Assembly (NCBI GenBank): GCA_020353515.1
Contig: CP070695.1
Location: 4,300,503 to 4,364,502 of the forward strand
From: Candidatus Heimdallarchaeota archaeon
GTDB taxonomy: Archaea > Asgardarchaeota > Heimdallarchaeia > Hodarchaeales > Hodarchaeaceae
Direction of reading: 5' to 3'
Length of the DNA stretch: 64,000 nucleotides
Shown: positions 28,617 to 38,715 of the stretch, one piece after another
Layout of the letters: each line of letters starts with the position of its first letter
Position numbering within the stretch: the stretch's first letter is position 1
Made by a program: the position numbers and the translations under genes
Notes under the pieces: model-generated
What the model was told of the DNA's origin: nothing
The model's database searches: none
Seen by the model: the letters and a program-made list of their open reading frames with translations, nothing else

Positions 28617-29513
28617 ATGGCTGAAATTGTTCAAAGTGAAGAAGCTACAGTGAAGATAAACGGTATTGAGATAACGTATGATACTTTTGGAGACCCTCAA
28701 GCTGCCCCAATGTTGCTTATTATGGGATTAAGTACTCAGATGATTATGTGGGACGAAGCTTTTTGCAAAGCGATAGCTTCAAATGGATATTGGGTTATCC
28801 GTTTTGATAATCGTGATGTTGGACTTTCAACAAAGTTTGACAATGCAGGTATCCCCGATTTAATGGAAATGATGATGAAAGTCCAACAGGGAGAAGAAGT
28901 AAAAGCCCCTTATACATTATTAGACATGGCAAAAGATGCGATTGGATTACTCGATGTATTGAAAATTGATACTGCTCACATTGTAGGTGCATCTATGGGA
29001 GGAATGATAGCTCAAACTATTGCTATTCATTATCCTGAACGAGTACGTACTTTGACATCAATTATGTCGACAACTAGTAATCCAGAACTACCACAACCAG
29101 GACCAGAGGCAATATCTATTCTGATCACACCTCCTCCCTCTGAAAGAGCTGAATATATTGAAGATTCAGTAAAAACATGGAGGTTTTTGAATGGGGAGTT
29201 ATCATTTGATGAGGATTTTGTACGAGAACGCTCAACCCAAGCTTTTGATAGGTGTTACTATCCTGTTGGCGCTGGAAGACAACTCGCGGCCATTTTAGCC
29301 TCTGGTAGTCGTAAAGAGGAACTTAAAAATGTTAAGGTGCCAACTCTAGTGATTCATGGAGATACTGACCCCCTAGTTCCTGTTGAAGGAGGAAAAGAGA
29401 CAGCAGAAGTCATTCCAGAAGCAAAATTATTGATTTTAGAAGGAATGGGTCATAGTATTCCGGCAGAAGTGGCGCCAAAAATAATAGAAGCCATAGTAAA
29501 ACATGCTATTTAG
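28617..29513 (+). CDS. Alpha/beta hydrolase
   Basis: FDNRDVGLS, nucleophile elbow GASMGG, HGDTDPLVP, GMGH. Confidence 0.92.
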   Translation: MAEIVQSEEATVKINGIEITYDTFGDPQAAPMLLIMGLSTQMIMWDEAFCKAIASNGYWVIRFDNRDVGLSTKFDNAGIPDLMEMMMKVQQGEEVKAPYTLLDMAKDAIGLLDVLKIDTAHIVGASMGGMIAQTIAIHYPERVRTLTSIMSTTSNPELPQPGPEAISILITPPPSERAEYIEDSVKTWRFLNGELSFDEDFVRERSTQAFDRCYYPVGAGRQLAAILASGSRKEELKNVKVPTLVIHGDTDPLVPVEGGKETAEVIPEAKLLILEGMGHSIPAEVAPKIIEAIVKHAI

Positions 29514-29590
29514 CAGGGAAAAGATAATCCCAGGGGGAAAATTCTGTATTAAGTGTGGAGCAGTTATAAGTAGAAAATCCAGCTAGTTAA

Positions 29591-30148
29591 TTAGGTGAGC
29601 CGTTTCTCTAATTCCAAGAAACGCTCCTGCAATTTGATAATAAAAGAATCAAGCTCTTTCTCAACAGTGCTGATCCATTCAATCAAAATATCAAGGGCTA
29701 AAAGAGCTTGTTTCCCTTTTGTTGTTCCTTTGGATTCCTCTGAGAGCGATGTTCCCCAATGTTCTCGAATCCTAATTAGATCATCAGCTTTTTCTTGTAA
29801 AGAATTAGCACTTTGATCGTAGATGTGAATCAACAATTCACGAAAAGAAGTAGGCTCAACCTGGTATTTCCATTCGCGACTACCTGGTTCACGCCTTCGA
29901 GTAATTAAGTTCCAATTCTCAAGTTCTTTTAAATTTCTGCTAATTGTCGAGGGATTGACTTTGAATTTCTCAACAAGATCTTTTTGGAGTAAGGGTTTAT
30001 CAGGGGACGATAAGACACATAAAGCATAAATTCGCCCTAATAGTGGTGATCCACCCCGATCATACATGAAATCTTCAAAAAAATTGGAAATCTCTTCCTC
30101 TAACTTTGATATATCTTGTGAATCTTCCTCACTACTAATATCTGACAT
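29591..30148 (-). CDS. GbsR/MarR-family winged-HTH regulator
   Basis: GRIYAL...LLQKDLVEKFKVNPSTISRNLKELENWNLI...PGSREWKY. Confidence 0.85.
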   Translation of the reverse strand: MSDISSEEDSQDISKLEEEISNFFEDFMYDRGGSPLLGRIYALCVLSSPDKPLLQKDLVEKFKVNPSTISRNLKELENWNLITRRREPGSREWKYQVEPTSFRELLIHIYDQSANSLQEKADDLIRIREHWGTSLSEESKGTTKGKQALLALDILIEWISTVEKELDSFIIKLQERFLELEKRLT

Positions 30149-30375
30149 AAGATTTCAACCTATATTGATGAAAGAGCACTACAAACACGAAAAATAAAGA
30201 CCTTTATAAAAATATTATTAATTTCTTATGAGCTTAATTATAATCTCATGAAGCTCTACTCAAGTGACATAAGAACCTTCTCTAGGTTGGTTTTGTAAGA
30301 AATTTCTTTAAAATAAACAAAGATATTCTATTCCAACACTCGAATGGGTCTGAATGTCTAAAAAAATGGCTGTGA

Positions 30376-32091
30376 TTGACGTTGATCACTAATTTATCCC
30401 TACAGAATTTTAAAGGATTCGGGTATCCTGGTCAGAACATCCCAATGAATCGAATCACGTTACTTTTTGGTGCTAATAGCGCAGGAAAAACCTCAATAAT
30501 TCAATCTCTCCTTTTGCTTCACCAAACGATTACTGAAGCCACAGATCCTACTACAGTATTACTACCAAATGGTACTCTCATCTCATTGGGAAGTTTCAGA
30601 GAATTTGTCCACAAACATGATCTAGATCGGGAAATAAAAATCGGGATCGAATCTGAATATATTGATAGTATGTGTTTCTCTTTTCGTTTACAAAACAATC
30701 TAATGGAAATGGCTAGTTTTGAAGGGTTAGCAAAAGAATGGATGACTACTAATTCAAAAATACAGAATTGGGAAAGGATTCGTTTTCGTGGAGAAAATGC
30801 TGATAGAAATCGTTACAATATGAATTTCATCAATTATGTTGAAACCTTTGATCAATTATTGCAACAACCAAACATTATCGAAGATTTGATTAAAGAAGTT
30901 CAAAGACGAAAAGAATTCACTGAACGAACCCTAAAGTTATTAGAAGGAGAAATGACCCAAATAGATAAGAAACAGTTGATTGAAGAAGAAGATAAAGACA
31001 TTTATTCTCATAAAATGATGAATTTTTTAGTAACTAATATTTTTAGATCAATAAAGGAGGGAGGGGAAACAAGGCCTCAGGATGAACTCAAGAATTTGTT
31101 GTTATACTTATCACCACAAGATTTTGAATTCACAACAGATTTATTGAAATTTACAACAAGTAAAGAGCTAATACAGCTCTTTAATGAGGTAATAACTTCA
31201 ATTAAAGAGAAAAGGATCAGTAGTATGTTAGATTTCCAAGAAAAGGTAACTATAAGTAACCTCTTAATGTTAAAATCGAATTTTACTCTTGAAAAAAACG
31301 AAAAAGGAAAAACACCTGATTTACAAAAAGAACAGATTAAAAAATTGATATTTACTACAATTTTCCGTGAGTATTTCAATATCCCATCAATGAAAAAGAA
31401 TATTGAGTATACTAGGAAGAAAATAAATCATCAGTTGGCTCGAATACTTTTCTTAGGGCCCTTAAGACGCGAACCTGAAAGATATTACTTTTTTTCTGGT
31501 AATGTCCCAACTGATGTTGGTAAGAAGGGCGATAAAACAGCTGAATCTCTATTTTATTCCAAAGACATTCAAGAAGCTGTTAATAAGAAACTAAATGAAC
31601 TAGGTATTGATTATCACATCAATGTGACTCCAATCTCTGGAGAAACAAAGGATATTTTCAGTGTACGGTTATTGGATCAAACACTGAAGACTGATGTTAG
31701 CATTTCGGAAGTAGGATTCGGCTTCAGTCAAATTCTGCCAATTATTGTGCAATCGTATTTATCTACTGATAACATTATATGTATTGAGCAACCTGAAATA
31801 CATATTCATCCACGATTACAAACAGAACTTGCTCAGTTATTCTATGAAAGAGTTAAGGAAAATAAAAAGCTTCAGTATATCATTGAAACACACAGTGAAC
31901 ATATTATTCTCCGTTTTCAAAAATTAATACGGAAACAACAACTAAAGCCATCAGATATTTCTGTTATTTACGTTATGAAAGAAAAGGAAGGGATAATCTG
32001 TAAACAACTTAAACTGGATCAGAAGGGAGATTTTATTGACCCCTGGCCTGAAGGATTTTTTGATGAAGCATTTAAAGAAAGGTTTGGTTAA
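30376..32091 (+). CDS. ABC/AAA_21-type ATPase with C-terminal DUF3696-like segment
   Basis: NFKGF, Walker A GANSAGKTS, FLGPLR, signature VGFGFSQILP, IEQPEIHIHP, IETHSEH, terminal WPEGFFD. Confidence 0.88.
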   Translation: MTLITNLSLQNFKGFGYPGQNIPMNRITLLFGANSAGKTSIIQSLLLLHQTITEATDPTTVLLPNGTLISLGSFREFVHKHDLDREIKIGIESEYIDSMCFSFRLQNNLMEMASFEGLAKEWMTTNSKIQNWERIRFRGENADRNRYNMNFINYVETFDQLLQQPNIIEDLIKEVQRRKEFTERTLKLLEGEMTQIDKKQLIEEEDKDIYSHKMMNFLVTNIFRSIKEGGETRPQDELKNLLLYLSPQDFEFTTDLLKFTTSKELIQLFNEVITSIKEKRISSMLDFQEKVTISNLLMLKSNFTLEKNEKGKTPDLQKEQIKKLIFTTIFREYFNIPSMKKNIEYTRKKINHQLARILFLGPLRREPERYYFFSGNVPTDVGKKGDKTAESLFYSKDIQEAVNKKLNELGIDYHINVTPISGETKDIFSVRLLDQTLKTDVSISEVGFGFSQILPIIVQSYLSTDNIICIEQPEIHIHPRLQTELAQLFYERVKENKKLQYIIETHSEHIILRFQKLIRKQQLKPSDISVIYVMKEKEGIICKQLKLDQKGDFIDPWPEGFFDEAFKERFG

Positions 32092-32097
32092 GAAGAA

Positions 32098-33129
32098 ATG
32101 AAATTTCACGTCTTTTCTCTTTCCCCCAGTTGTTTTCAAAATAATAACCCAATTGAGGTAACAATCAAAATATTAAGTCTATTATTCCGTCACGCTCTAC
32201 TCTTTAATCATCAAGATCTATACGGAAAAATAATTCGGAAACTTAGCTTAAACTTGGATCATAATCGAGTTAAGGATCTTGAATTATTGTTACTAATGTA
32301 CCATAAAGAAAAACGAATAGTGGAAGTGATTAAGAACGAATCTCATGATTTTAATTCTTTATGTCAATTAAACAAATATCTCTTTGAACAAGGTATCACT
32401 ATTCTTTTCTCAAAGGAGGAAATGACACCTTCCGCGTCAACAACTTGTGGAAATTCGTGTTTTATGGCAGAGAAATCACATATTGATGTCTATACATACG
32501 TGGATGATTTCCCAATACCTCCTTCACAAGAAATTCGGTTAGAGAAGCAATATGATAATGAATGGATGAAAGAGAACATTTATAATCCTCTGTTAGTCGG
32601 TTCCACAATTATACGTATTGTAGATCCGTTTGTTGGAAGAGAATTGTACAATATTGCTGATGTAAAAGTTGATAGATGGGAGACAGAAAGTCATTGGGTG
32701 TACTCATTAACAGAAATTTTCAACCTCTTCCAAGATCAATCTATCTTTAAAGATCGGAAGTATTTCATCTACACGGCAGTTAGAGTCGATGAAGAACATA
32801 AAGCAATAGAAACTGCAGAGCGATTCCGAAAACAATTTCTGAATGATACCAGTATTATTGTCAAATTTTTCTTCTATGTCTATGAAAAGTCTTTCAATCC
32901 TCCAGATGAGTTCCCCCATGATAGGTATATACTTACAGATAATGTAGGGGTGAATATTGGCATAGGTTTGGATACTATTAACCCAGATAACCAACAAATC
33001 AGGCGAGAAACCCAATTAACCTTTGTTGGAAATGAAACAGTGGCTTCAGTTATGTCTCAGCTAAAGAACATCCCAATAGGTACGGTAAAGGGAAAAAAAA
33101 GTCGAATCTTAAGAAGAAAAACCATTTAG
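32098..33129 (+). CDS. Protein with a C-terminal PLD-like (HDR-type, MIT_C-like) domain; putative effector
   Basis: IRIVDPFV...PHDRYILTDNVGVNIGIGLD resembles the DPY...HDRxI...IGxGLD pattern. Starts 6 nt after the ATPase stop. Confidence 0.65.
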   Translation: MKFHVFSLSPSCFQNNNPIEVTIKILSLLFRHALLFNHQDLYGKIIRKLSLNLDHNRVKDLELLLLMYHKEKRIVEVIKNESHDFNSLCQLNKYLFEQGITILFSKEEMTPSASTTCGNSCFMAEKSHIDVYTYVDDFPIPPSQEIRLEKQYDNEWMKENIYNPLLVGSTIIRIVDPFVGRELYNIADVKVDRWETESHWVYSLTEIFNLFQDQSIFKDRKYFIYTAVRVDEEHKAIETAERFRKQFLNDTSIIVKFFFYVYEKSFNPPDEFPHDRYILTDNVGVNIGIGLDTINPDNQQIRRETQLTFVGNETVASVMSQLKNIPIGTVKGKKSRILRRKTI

Positions 33130-33141
33130 GTAACATAGATA

Positions 33142-34017
33142 TTAAATAATCTTTACTCCACAATTAGAGCAAAATATCTCGTTAGGTGAAATTCTCCTCC
33201 CGCAATTAAAACAAAAACTAATTTCATTTCGTCTATTAAGTGGTTTTGCCATCTGGTTCGGATAACGTGGTTCATATTGTTCCATAAACCGTCTTCTTTG
33301 GGATCTTAAACTAATGGTAAGGAAAATACCTACAATGGCAATGATTCCAAAGAAGAATAATATTCCAATCATTCCAAGACCAAGAAATATGAAATTATCT
33401 GAACTATCTGAATATATATATTGTGGATCCGCTAATGTTTCAGAAGTTATTTCTAACCTCGAGGAGGAATAGTAGCCATTCTCTCTCGAGGCTAATTGAA
33501 TTTCCCCATCATTGTTAAAGGAATCAAGTCTAAAATAGAATTTCCCATTATCTCTAACATTGTGGGCTGCACTCAAAGAACATTCATAACGCCCAGGTTC
33601 AGTGATTGTTCCCTCACTCACCAAAGTCTCTTCATTTATATTTGGTTTATTTTCCCAATTTATTAATTTCTCTTCAAAAGAAAAGGTTTGCCAGACTCTA
33701 AAATTGAATGAATGATTATCAGTGATTATTGAGGTAATATTAAGGTTTAAAATCACTCTTAAGACCTCCCCAGGAAAAGGCAGGTCCCTAACGCGAAAAG
33801 CCAGATAGGAATAATGCAATGTTGATGTAGAACTATTAGAACTTACTTTCAAATCTAAAGTATCGCCATAATTAATATTTGGATTAGAAGAAAAGATATA
33901 GGCATCAAAATTACAAATAAAGATAGTAGTACGTTCTATTAACGGATTACAAGTTGTTGGAAGAAAACTTAGGAAAGGAATGGAAAATAGAATAAAAATT
34001 AAAGCCCTTTTTTTCAT
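33142..34017 (-). CDS. Membrane-anchored protein: extracellular DNRLRE/CBM96-like domain, TM helix, cytoplasmic zinc ribbon
   Basis: Signal peptide; DAYIFSSNPNINYG, SYLAF, LASREN...RLEIT; TM helix; CFNCG...CSNCG. Confidence 0.75.
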   Translation of the reverse strand: MKKRALIFILFSIPFLSFLPTTCNPLIERTTIFICNFDAYIFSSNPNINYGDTLDLKVSSNSSTSTLHYSYLAFRVRDLPFPGEVLRVILNLNITSIITDNHSFNFRVWQTFSFEEKLINWENKPNINEETLVSEGTITEPGRYECSLSAAHNVRDNGKFYFRLDSFNNDGEIQLASRENGYYSSSRLEITSETLADPQYIYSDSSDNFIFLGLGMIGILFFFGIIAIVGIFLTISLRSQRRRFMEQYEPRYPNQMAKPLNRRNEISFCFNCGRRISPNEIFCSNCGVKII

Positions 34018-34182
34018 CTTTTCACCTAAATTATGTGTTGTTACTCCAGAGATTATTAGTCTGATTTCCTCCCTTCCTCATTTTCTTCTTAAATTTATTC
34101 TTTGGAGAACAATCCTAAAACAGCAAAGGAAGGGCACTTTAATCTTCTAAAAACCATTTCATTAAAAAAAAATTAATTTTGC

Positions 34183-35096
34183 TTATTCTATTTCAAATCC
34201 TGTAATTATTTCTGGTGGTAACTTTCTCAGATATTCAACTAACGATAAAAAACCAAAATTATTCACTTGTTTTTGGGTTTGAAAAGATTGGATAACCTTG
34301 TACAATTTAATAGCTCGGATGAATTGTATTTTAGAAAGGAGGATCGCTTCTGGATAACGTAAAGTTGTATAAGCTATTAAAGCGAGTCCTAGAAAATCAA
34401 ACAAACTGGGAAGAATTGGATTTGTTATCCACAAAGATAAATTATGACCAAGGTTCAAAATAGGCCGCATACACCCTAATGCTGTAGCAATAACCCATAA
34501 ATTTCTCGCTGTGTGGACTCTATTATCAGTTATCACATGTTTTGTTGTTAGATAAACATAAATGAACAGCGATAATACAAAAAATCGATAACCCTCTAAT
34601 AGTAGTTGAAAACCACTTGCCAGTAAAATAATTCCATTTTAGGTAATTAATCCTACCCCTACATCAGGGGAATGAAAATCGACATACTTCCTCATCTTAA
34701 CAAACAATACTAGTCCCGTCTCGGGAAGATTCACAACTTCATACAATAAAATGAATGTCTGAATAATAGAAAACCAAATCACTCCTATAAGCAATATAAT
34801 TAGAGGGGGACGATCCCACTTCATTCGTATTGTATAAACGAAGATAAACAAGAAAAATATCATAAATGTACTATCTACGATTTGCCATACTAACACCACC
34901 GGTGAGGAAAGGTTGATCCGAATGACGTCAGAAAACTGTTGAATTGTAAGTGTTATCCACATCTCAGTATATAACAGATAATCAAAAATCTTCGTCCGAA
35001 AATAGTATCTCAAAAAATAGTAGCAGGAATTAGACTTAATAATGCTACTCCAATACGAATCCAGTCGAAAACAGTAAGAGATTCTAGTAAAAGCAT
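34183..35096 (-). pseudogene. Disrupted polytopic (about 7 TM) membrane protein gene
   Basis: ATG at 35096 after an AGGAGAAGG-type RBS gives MLLLESLTVFDWIRIGVALLSLIPATIF. A frameshift at a 6-base homopolymer (35012-35017) leads into ORF 34639..35142. A single in-frame TAA (34639-34641) is followed by NGIILLASGFQLLL..., in frame with ORF 34183..34536. Confidence 0.72.
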
Positions 35097-35421
35097 AGTA
35101 ACCAAAATTCCTTCTCCTTAGACTAATCACATGCTTGGTCACTCTTTACAGCTGAAAGTTGACACGATTTACAGTAGATCTCACCACTACTCGTCTCAAT
35201 GATACACTTTTCACAAAAATTTCCTGCACAAAAAGCACAATTATAATTTGATTTCCGTTTTTTGCACCATTCACACCATTCAAAGAGCTTGTCTTGGATC
35301 ATCTTCTCTTATGACATTGTGAAAAGGTGTTTTTAACATTTCACCTAAAGCAGTTATTAATCTTTAATAATTGAAGAAAAATTTTTATCATGATTATTAT
35401 TCACTGAATAAAGGATTTAGT

Positions 35422-36119
35422 ATGTCACAAGAATTTTCTCTTCCACGACTTATTGTCCAAGTAATAGTTGGGTTTATTTTTTATGGTATTTTTTTTTTGT
35501 ACCCGCAGGTTCTATAGAATGGATAGAAGCTTGGATATTTCTTATCATTACCTTTCTCTATGTGATGGTAATCGTCCTTTATTTCTGGAAAAAAGATCCT
35601 ACAATTCTGTTATCTCGGTCCAAAATCAAGCCTGAAAAAGGATTCGATACAGTATTTTTTTTGATTACAGGTTTAACTTTTTTCTCAATGTTTCTCATTA
35701 CTGCTTTTAGCGTGAATCCTGCATTAACTGATCTATTTCCGTGGTCAAATTTCAGAGTTCCATTAGCAATCGAATTCATTGGATTTGGTGGGATGATACT
35801 TGCCTTTACAATATTATTCATTGTAATGCGGGAAAATGCTTACGCATCAAAACGAATTGGAGTAGATGAAGGGCAAAAAGTGATCACAACAGGCCCCTAT
35901 TCGTATGTTCGCCACCCGATGTACATCGGATTCATTATCATGACTATTTGCTTCCCAGTAGCACTTGGGTCATTTCTTGCTCTACCATCAGCGGTACTTG
36001 TCGTTATTCTTATCGCTGTTCGAGCAACTTATGAAGAAAAGACATTAATAAAAGAATTGGAAGGATATAAGGAATATACTGAAAAAGTACGTTACCGATT
36101 AATACCTAAGATATGGTAA
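35422..36119 (+). CDS. Isoprenylcysteine carboxyl methyltransferase (ICMT/PEMT) family membrane protein, frameshifted at a poly-T run
   Basis: TGPYSYVRHPMY, EEKTL, YxEYxxKVRYRLIP. The N-terminus from ATG 35422 joins FVPAGSIEWIEAWIFL only with a shift at T10 (35489-35498). Confidence 0.8.
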
Positions 36120-36166
36120 AAATAATATTGGATATTTAATCCCAGAACAATAGCTAAGAAAATTAA

Positions 36167-36919
36167 ATGAAGAATCAAGGAGATAGAAAAATGGATAATT
36201 GGATGGAAATAGGAAAATCATTAGAGGAAATACTTAGGCCTCAAACATATCCGCTTGCGATAAAATTTGTAAAGGATGAATCAGAATTCCCTGAAAGAAC
36301 CAGACGGCCTGAAGAAAAGATTGCTATTTGTCAGGCATTGTCTATCTGTCGTAAATATGGGTGGACAATGGGAATAACAGGAGAAGATAGTGGGTGCCCT
36401 GGAGCTAGCGTAACTTATGGATGGCCATCACCCATTGATGAATCCCAATTGGCGCAATTCTTTCAAATTGCTGGTTACGCTTCAGATGAGATTGGGACAC
36501 AAAGAATCGTGGAAAATTTAGATCGATTAGAAGCAGGGAAATATGGAGGAGTAGTAGTTTCACCCTTAACACGAACAAAGATCGTCCCAGATGTTATATT
36601 AGTGTATGGAAACCCAGCTCAGATTATGCGATTATTACAGGGAAATATGTATAAGGAAGGGAAGAAATTAAAAAGTGAATTGGCTGGAATAATGGCTTCC
36701 TGTACCGCGGGAATCATACGAACGTTTAATACTCATGAATGTCAAGTTGTTGTGCCTGGAAATGGGGATCGGGTTTTTGCGGGCACTCAAGATAATGAAA
36801 TGCTCTTCACAATACCTCCAGAAAAAGCAGAAGATATCATTGATGGGATGAGGCAACAACGTTTTGCGAAATACCCAATTCCTGCTACACTACAGATGCC
36901 ACCACCATTCCCCCTTTGA
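36167..36919 (+). CDS. DUF169 family protein
   Basis: PLAIKF, ICQA, CPGA, PDVILVYGNPAQIMRL, ASC, PGNGDR. Probable start 36191. Confidence 0.85.
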   Translation: MKNQGDRKMDNWMEIGKSLEEILRPQTYPLAIKFVKDESEFPERTRRPEEKIAICQALSICRKYGWTMGITGEDSGCPGASVTYGWPSPIDESQLAQFFQIAGYASDEIGTQRIVENLDRLEAGKYGGVVVSPLTRTKIVPDVILVYGNPAQIMRLLQGNMYKEGKKLKSELAGIMASCTAGIIRTFNTHECQVVVPGNGDRVFAGTQDNEMLFTIPPEKAEDIIDGMRQQRFAKYPIPATLQMPPPFPL

Positions 36920-36955
36920 TCTAATAATCACATCCACTAAAGGTTGTAGAAAATT

Positions 36956-37219
36956 ATGTCTGAAGACACAATTAAAGCAAAATTTGAAGACGCAGTACAA
37001 CGAGCAAGTAATTTACCCAATCAACCACCTGAAATATTGCTCGAAATGTATGGACTCTATAAACAAGCTCTCGTTGGAGATGTAACAGGGAAGAGACCTG
37101 GGCGTGTGAAAATTAAAGCACGATACAAATATGACGCTTGGGCCTCAAGAAAAGGAATGTCACAAGAGGATGCAATGAAAACATACATTAAACTAATTCA
37201 AAAGCTTGAAAGCACCTAA
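36956..37219 (+). CDS. Acyl-CoA-binding protein (ACBP)
   Basis: LLEMYGLYKQALVGD, RPG, KYDAW, KGMSQEDAMKTYI. Confidence 0.92.
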   Translation: MSEDTIKAKFEDAVQRASNLPNQPPEILLEMYGLYKQALVGDVTGKRPGRVKIKARYKYDAWASRKGMSQEDAMKTYIKLIQKLEST

Positions 37220-37261
37220 CTCAGGATTATAAAGGGAGCGTAACACGATTGAGGTTTACGT

Positions 37262-38086
37262 ATGCCAAGTATAGAACTAGAAGATATTAATGTACATTAT
37301 GAAATCAATGGAAAAGGAGCCCCTTTCGTTTTTATTCAAGGAGCATTCGTTAGTTCTACAATGTGGGAGAATCAGGTAAATTTTTTTTCAAAATCTTTTC
37401 AAACTCTAGTGTATGATTTACGTGGACACGGAATAACAGGCCCCTCTTCTAGAAAAAAATATTCAGTTGACCTTTATGCTGATGATTTGGTTAATTTACT
37501 TGATGCACTGAATATAGATAAACCGATAATTTGCGGTATAAGTCTTGGTGGAATGATCGCACAAGTTTTCGCGACCAAATATCCTGAAAGGCTCTCTGCT
37601 TTGATATTAGCCGACACAGCGGCCACTATTACCCTCACGCACTGGGATTATATAATGAGGTATCTCATTGGCCCAAAATGGCTGATGTTACTTTCTTTAC
37701 GGATGATGGGGGTTCACAGATTTATAAAATTCTCATTTTGGTTGGGAAAATTCACCAGAAGTAAAGAGTGGCTTGGAAACGAAGAAATTATTGAATATGA
37801 AAAGAATGAAATGCTAAATTTAAATAAAAAAGAATACCTGAAAATTTTTGGCTCATTATATGACTTTAAGTTACAGAAATTAGCTTTTATAACAGTCCCT
37901 ACACTTGTAGTCAATGGTGAACACGAAGCGAAAAGTATTTTCAAGCATGCAGAGAAGATACAAAGCTTAATACCCAATTGTGATGTTGACATCATAAAAA
38001 ACGCAGGCCATACGTCAAATATGGAAAATCCTAATGAATTCAATCAGAAAATCAATGATTTCCTACAGAAGAATAACATTGAATAA
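37262..38086 (+). CDS. Alpha/beta hydrolase
   Basis: YDLRGHG, GISLGG, AGHTSNMENP. Confidence 0.9.
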   Translation: MPSIELEDINVHYEINGKGAPFVFIQGAFVSSTMWENQVNFFSKSFQTLVYDLRGHGITGPSSRKKYSVDLYADDLVNLLDALNIDKPIICGISLGGMIAQVFATKYPERLSALILADTAATITLTHWDYIMRYLIGPKWLMLLSLRMMGVHRFIKFSFWLGKFTRSKEWLGNEEIIEYEKNEMLNLNKKEYLKIFGSLYDFKLQKLAFITVPTLVVNGEHEAKSIFKHAEKIQSLIPNCDVDIIKNAGHTSNMENPNEFNQKINDFLQKNNIE

Positions 38087-38099
38087 AACATGGTAAGGA

Positions 38100-38657
38100 T
38101 TGGAGAAAATAATACAACAAATGGAACAACATATAGTGATTATTGATACCATTAATCCAACAATAACAAATGTGTACCATTCTCCGTCTGACCCCATTGA
38201 AGGAGATACTATTAATGCGTATGCTGATATTGAAGATGAGGCAGGGATTGCTATAGCTGAAATATATTTCCAAGTAAATGATGAAATGGGATGGACTTCA
38301 ATACCAATGGCTGTTTATGGAGGAACAACCTATCATGTAAGCATAGGATCATTTTCAGAAGATACGGAAATAAGGTATTATATCAAGGCTAGTGACGCAT
38401 CAGACTCCAATAATGAAGCTATAAATGATAACGAAGGAAATTACTATGTAATCTATATTCTATTCTTACCAGAATCCTCTACACAACCCACAACCTCTAT
38501 GGTTGAGGAAACATCAGAAGAGGAAAGTAGTACAGAGCTAAGTGAACCAGGTCAAATCTCGATAAGGGCACCAATTAATTTAACTGGTCTTGAAATTGTC
38601 TTGTTAATAGCTAGTGCTGTACTCTATCGAAAACACAAAAAAATGCAAGGAAAGTAG
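38100..38657 (+). CDS. Ig-like domain with S/T/E linker and C-terminal membrane anchor; probable truncated surface-protein remnant
   Basis: DTINPTITNV, IRYYIKASD, YYVI; C-terminal TM and basic tail, but no signal peptide. Confidence 0.55.
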   Translation: MEKIIQQMEQHIVIIDTINPTITNVYHSPSDPIEGDTINAYADIEDEAGIAIAEIYFQVNDEMGWTSIPMAVYGGTTYHVSIGSFSEDTEIRYYIKASDASDSNNEAINDNEGNYYVIYILFLPESSTQPTTSMVEETSEEESSTELSEPGQISIRAPINLTGLEIVLLIASAVLYRKHKKMQGK

Positions 38658-38715
38658 TAATACTACTTTTTCCTCTTAAAGTATAAAAAAGGGGAAATTT
38701 GCGGTATAGATAGAC

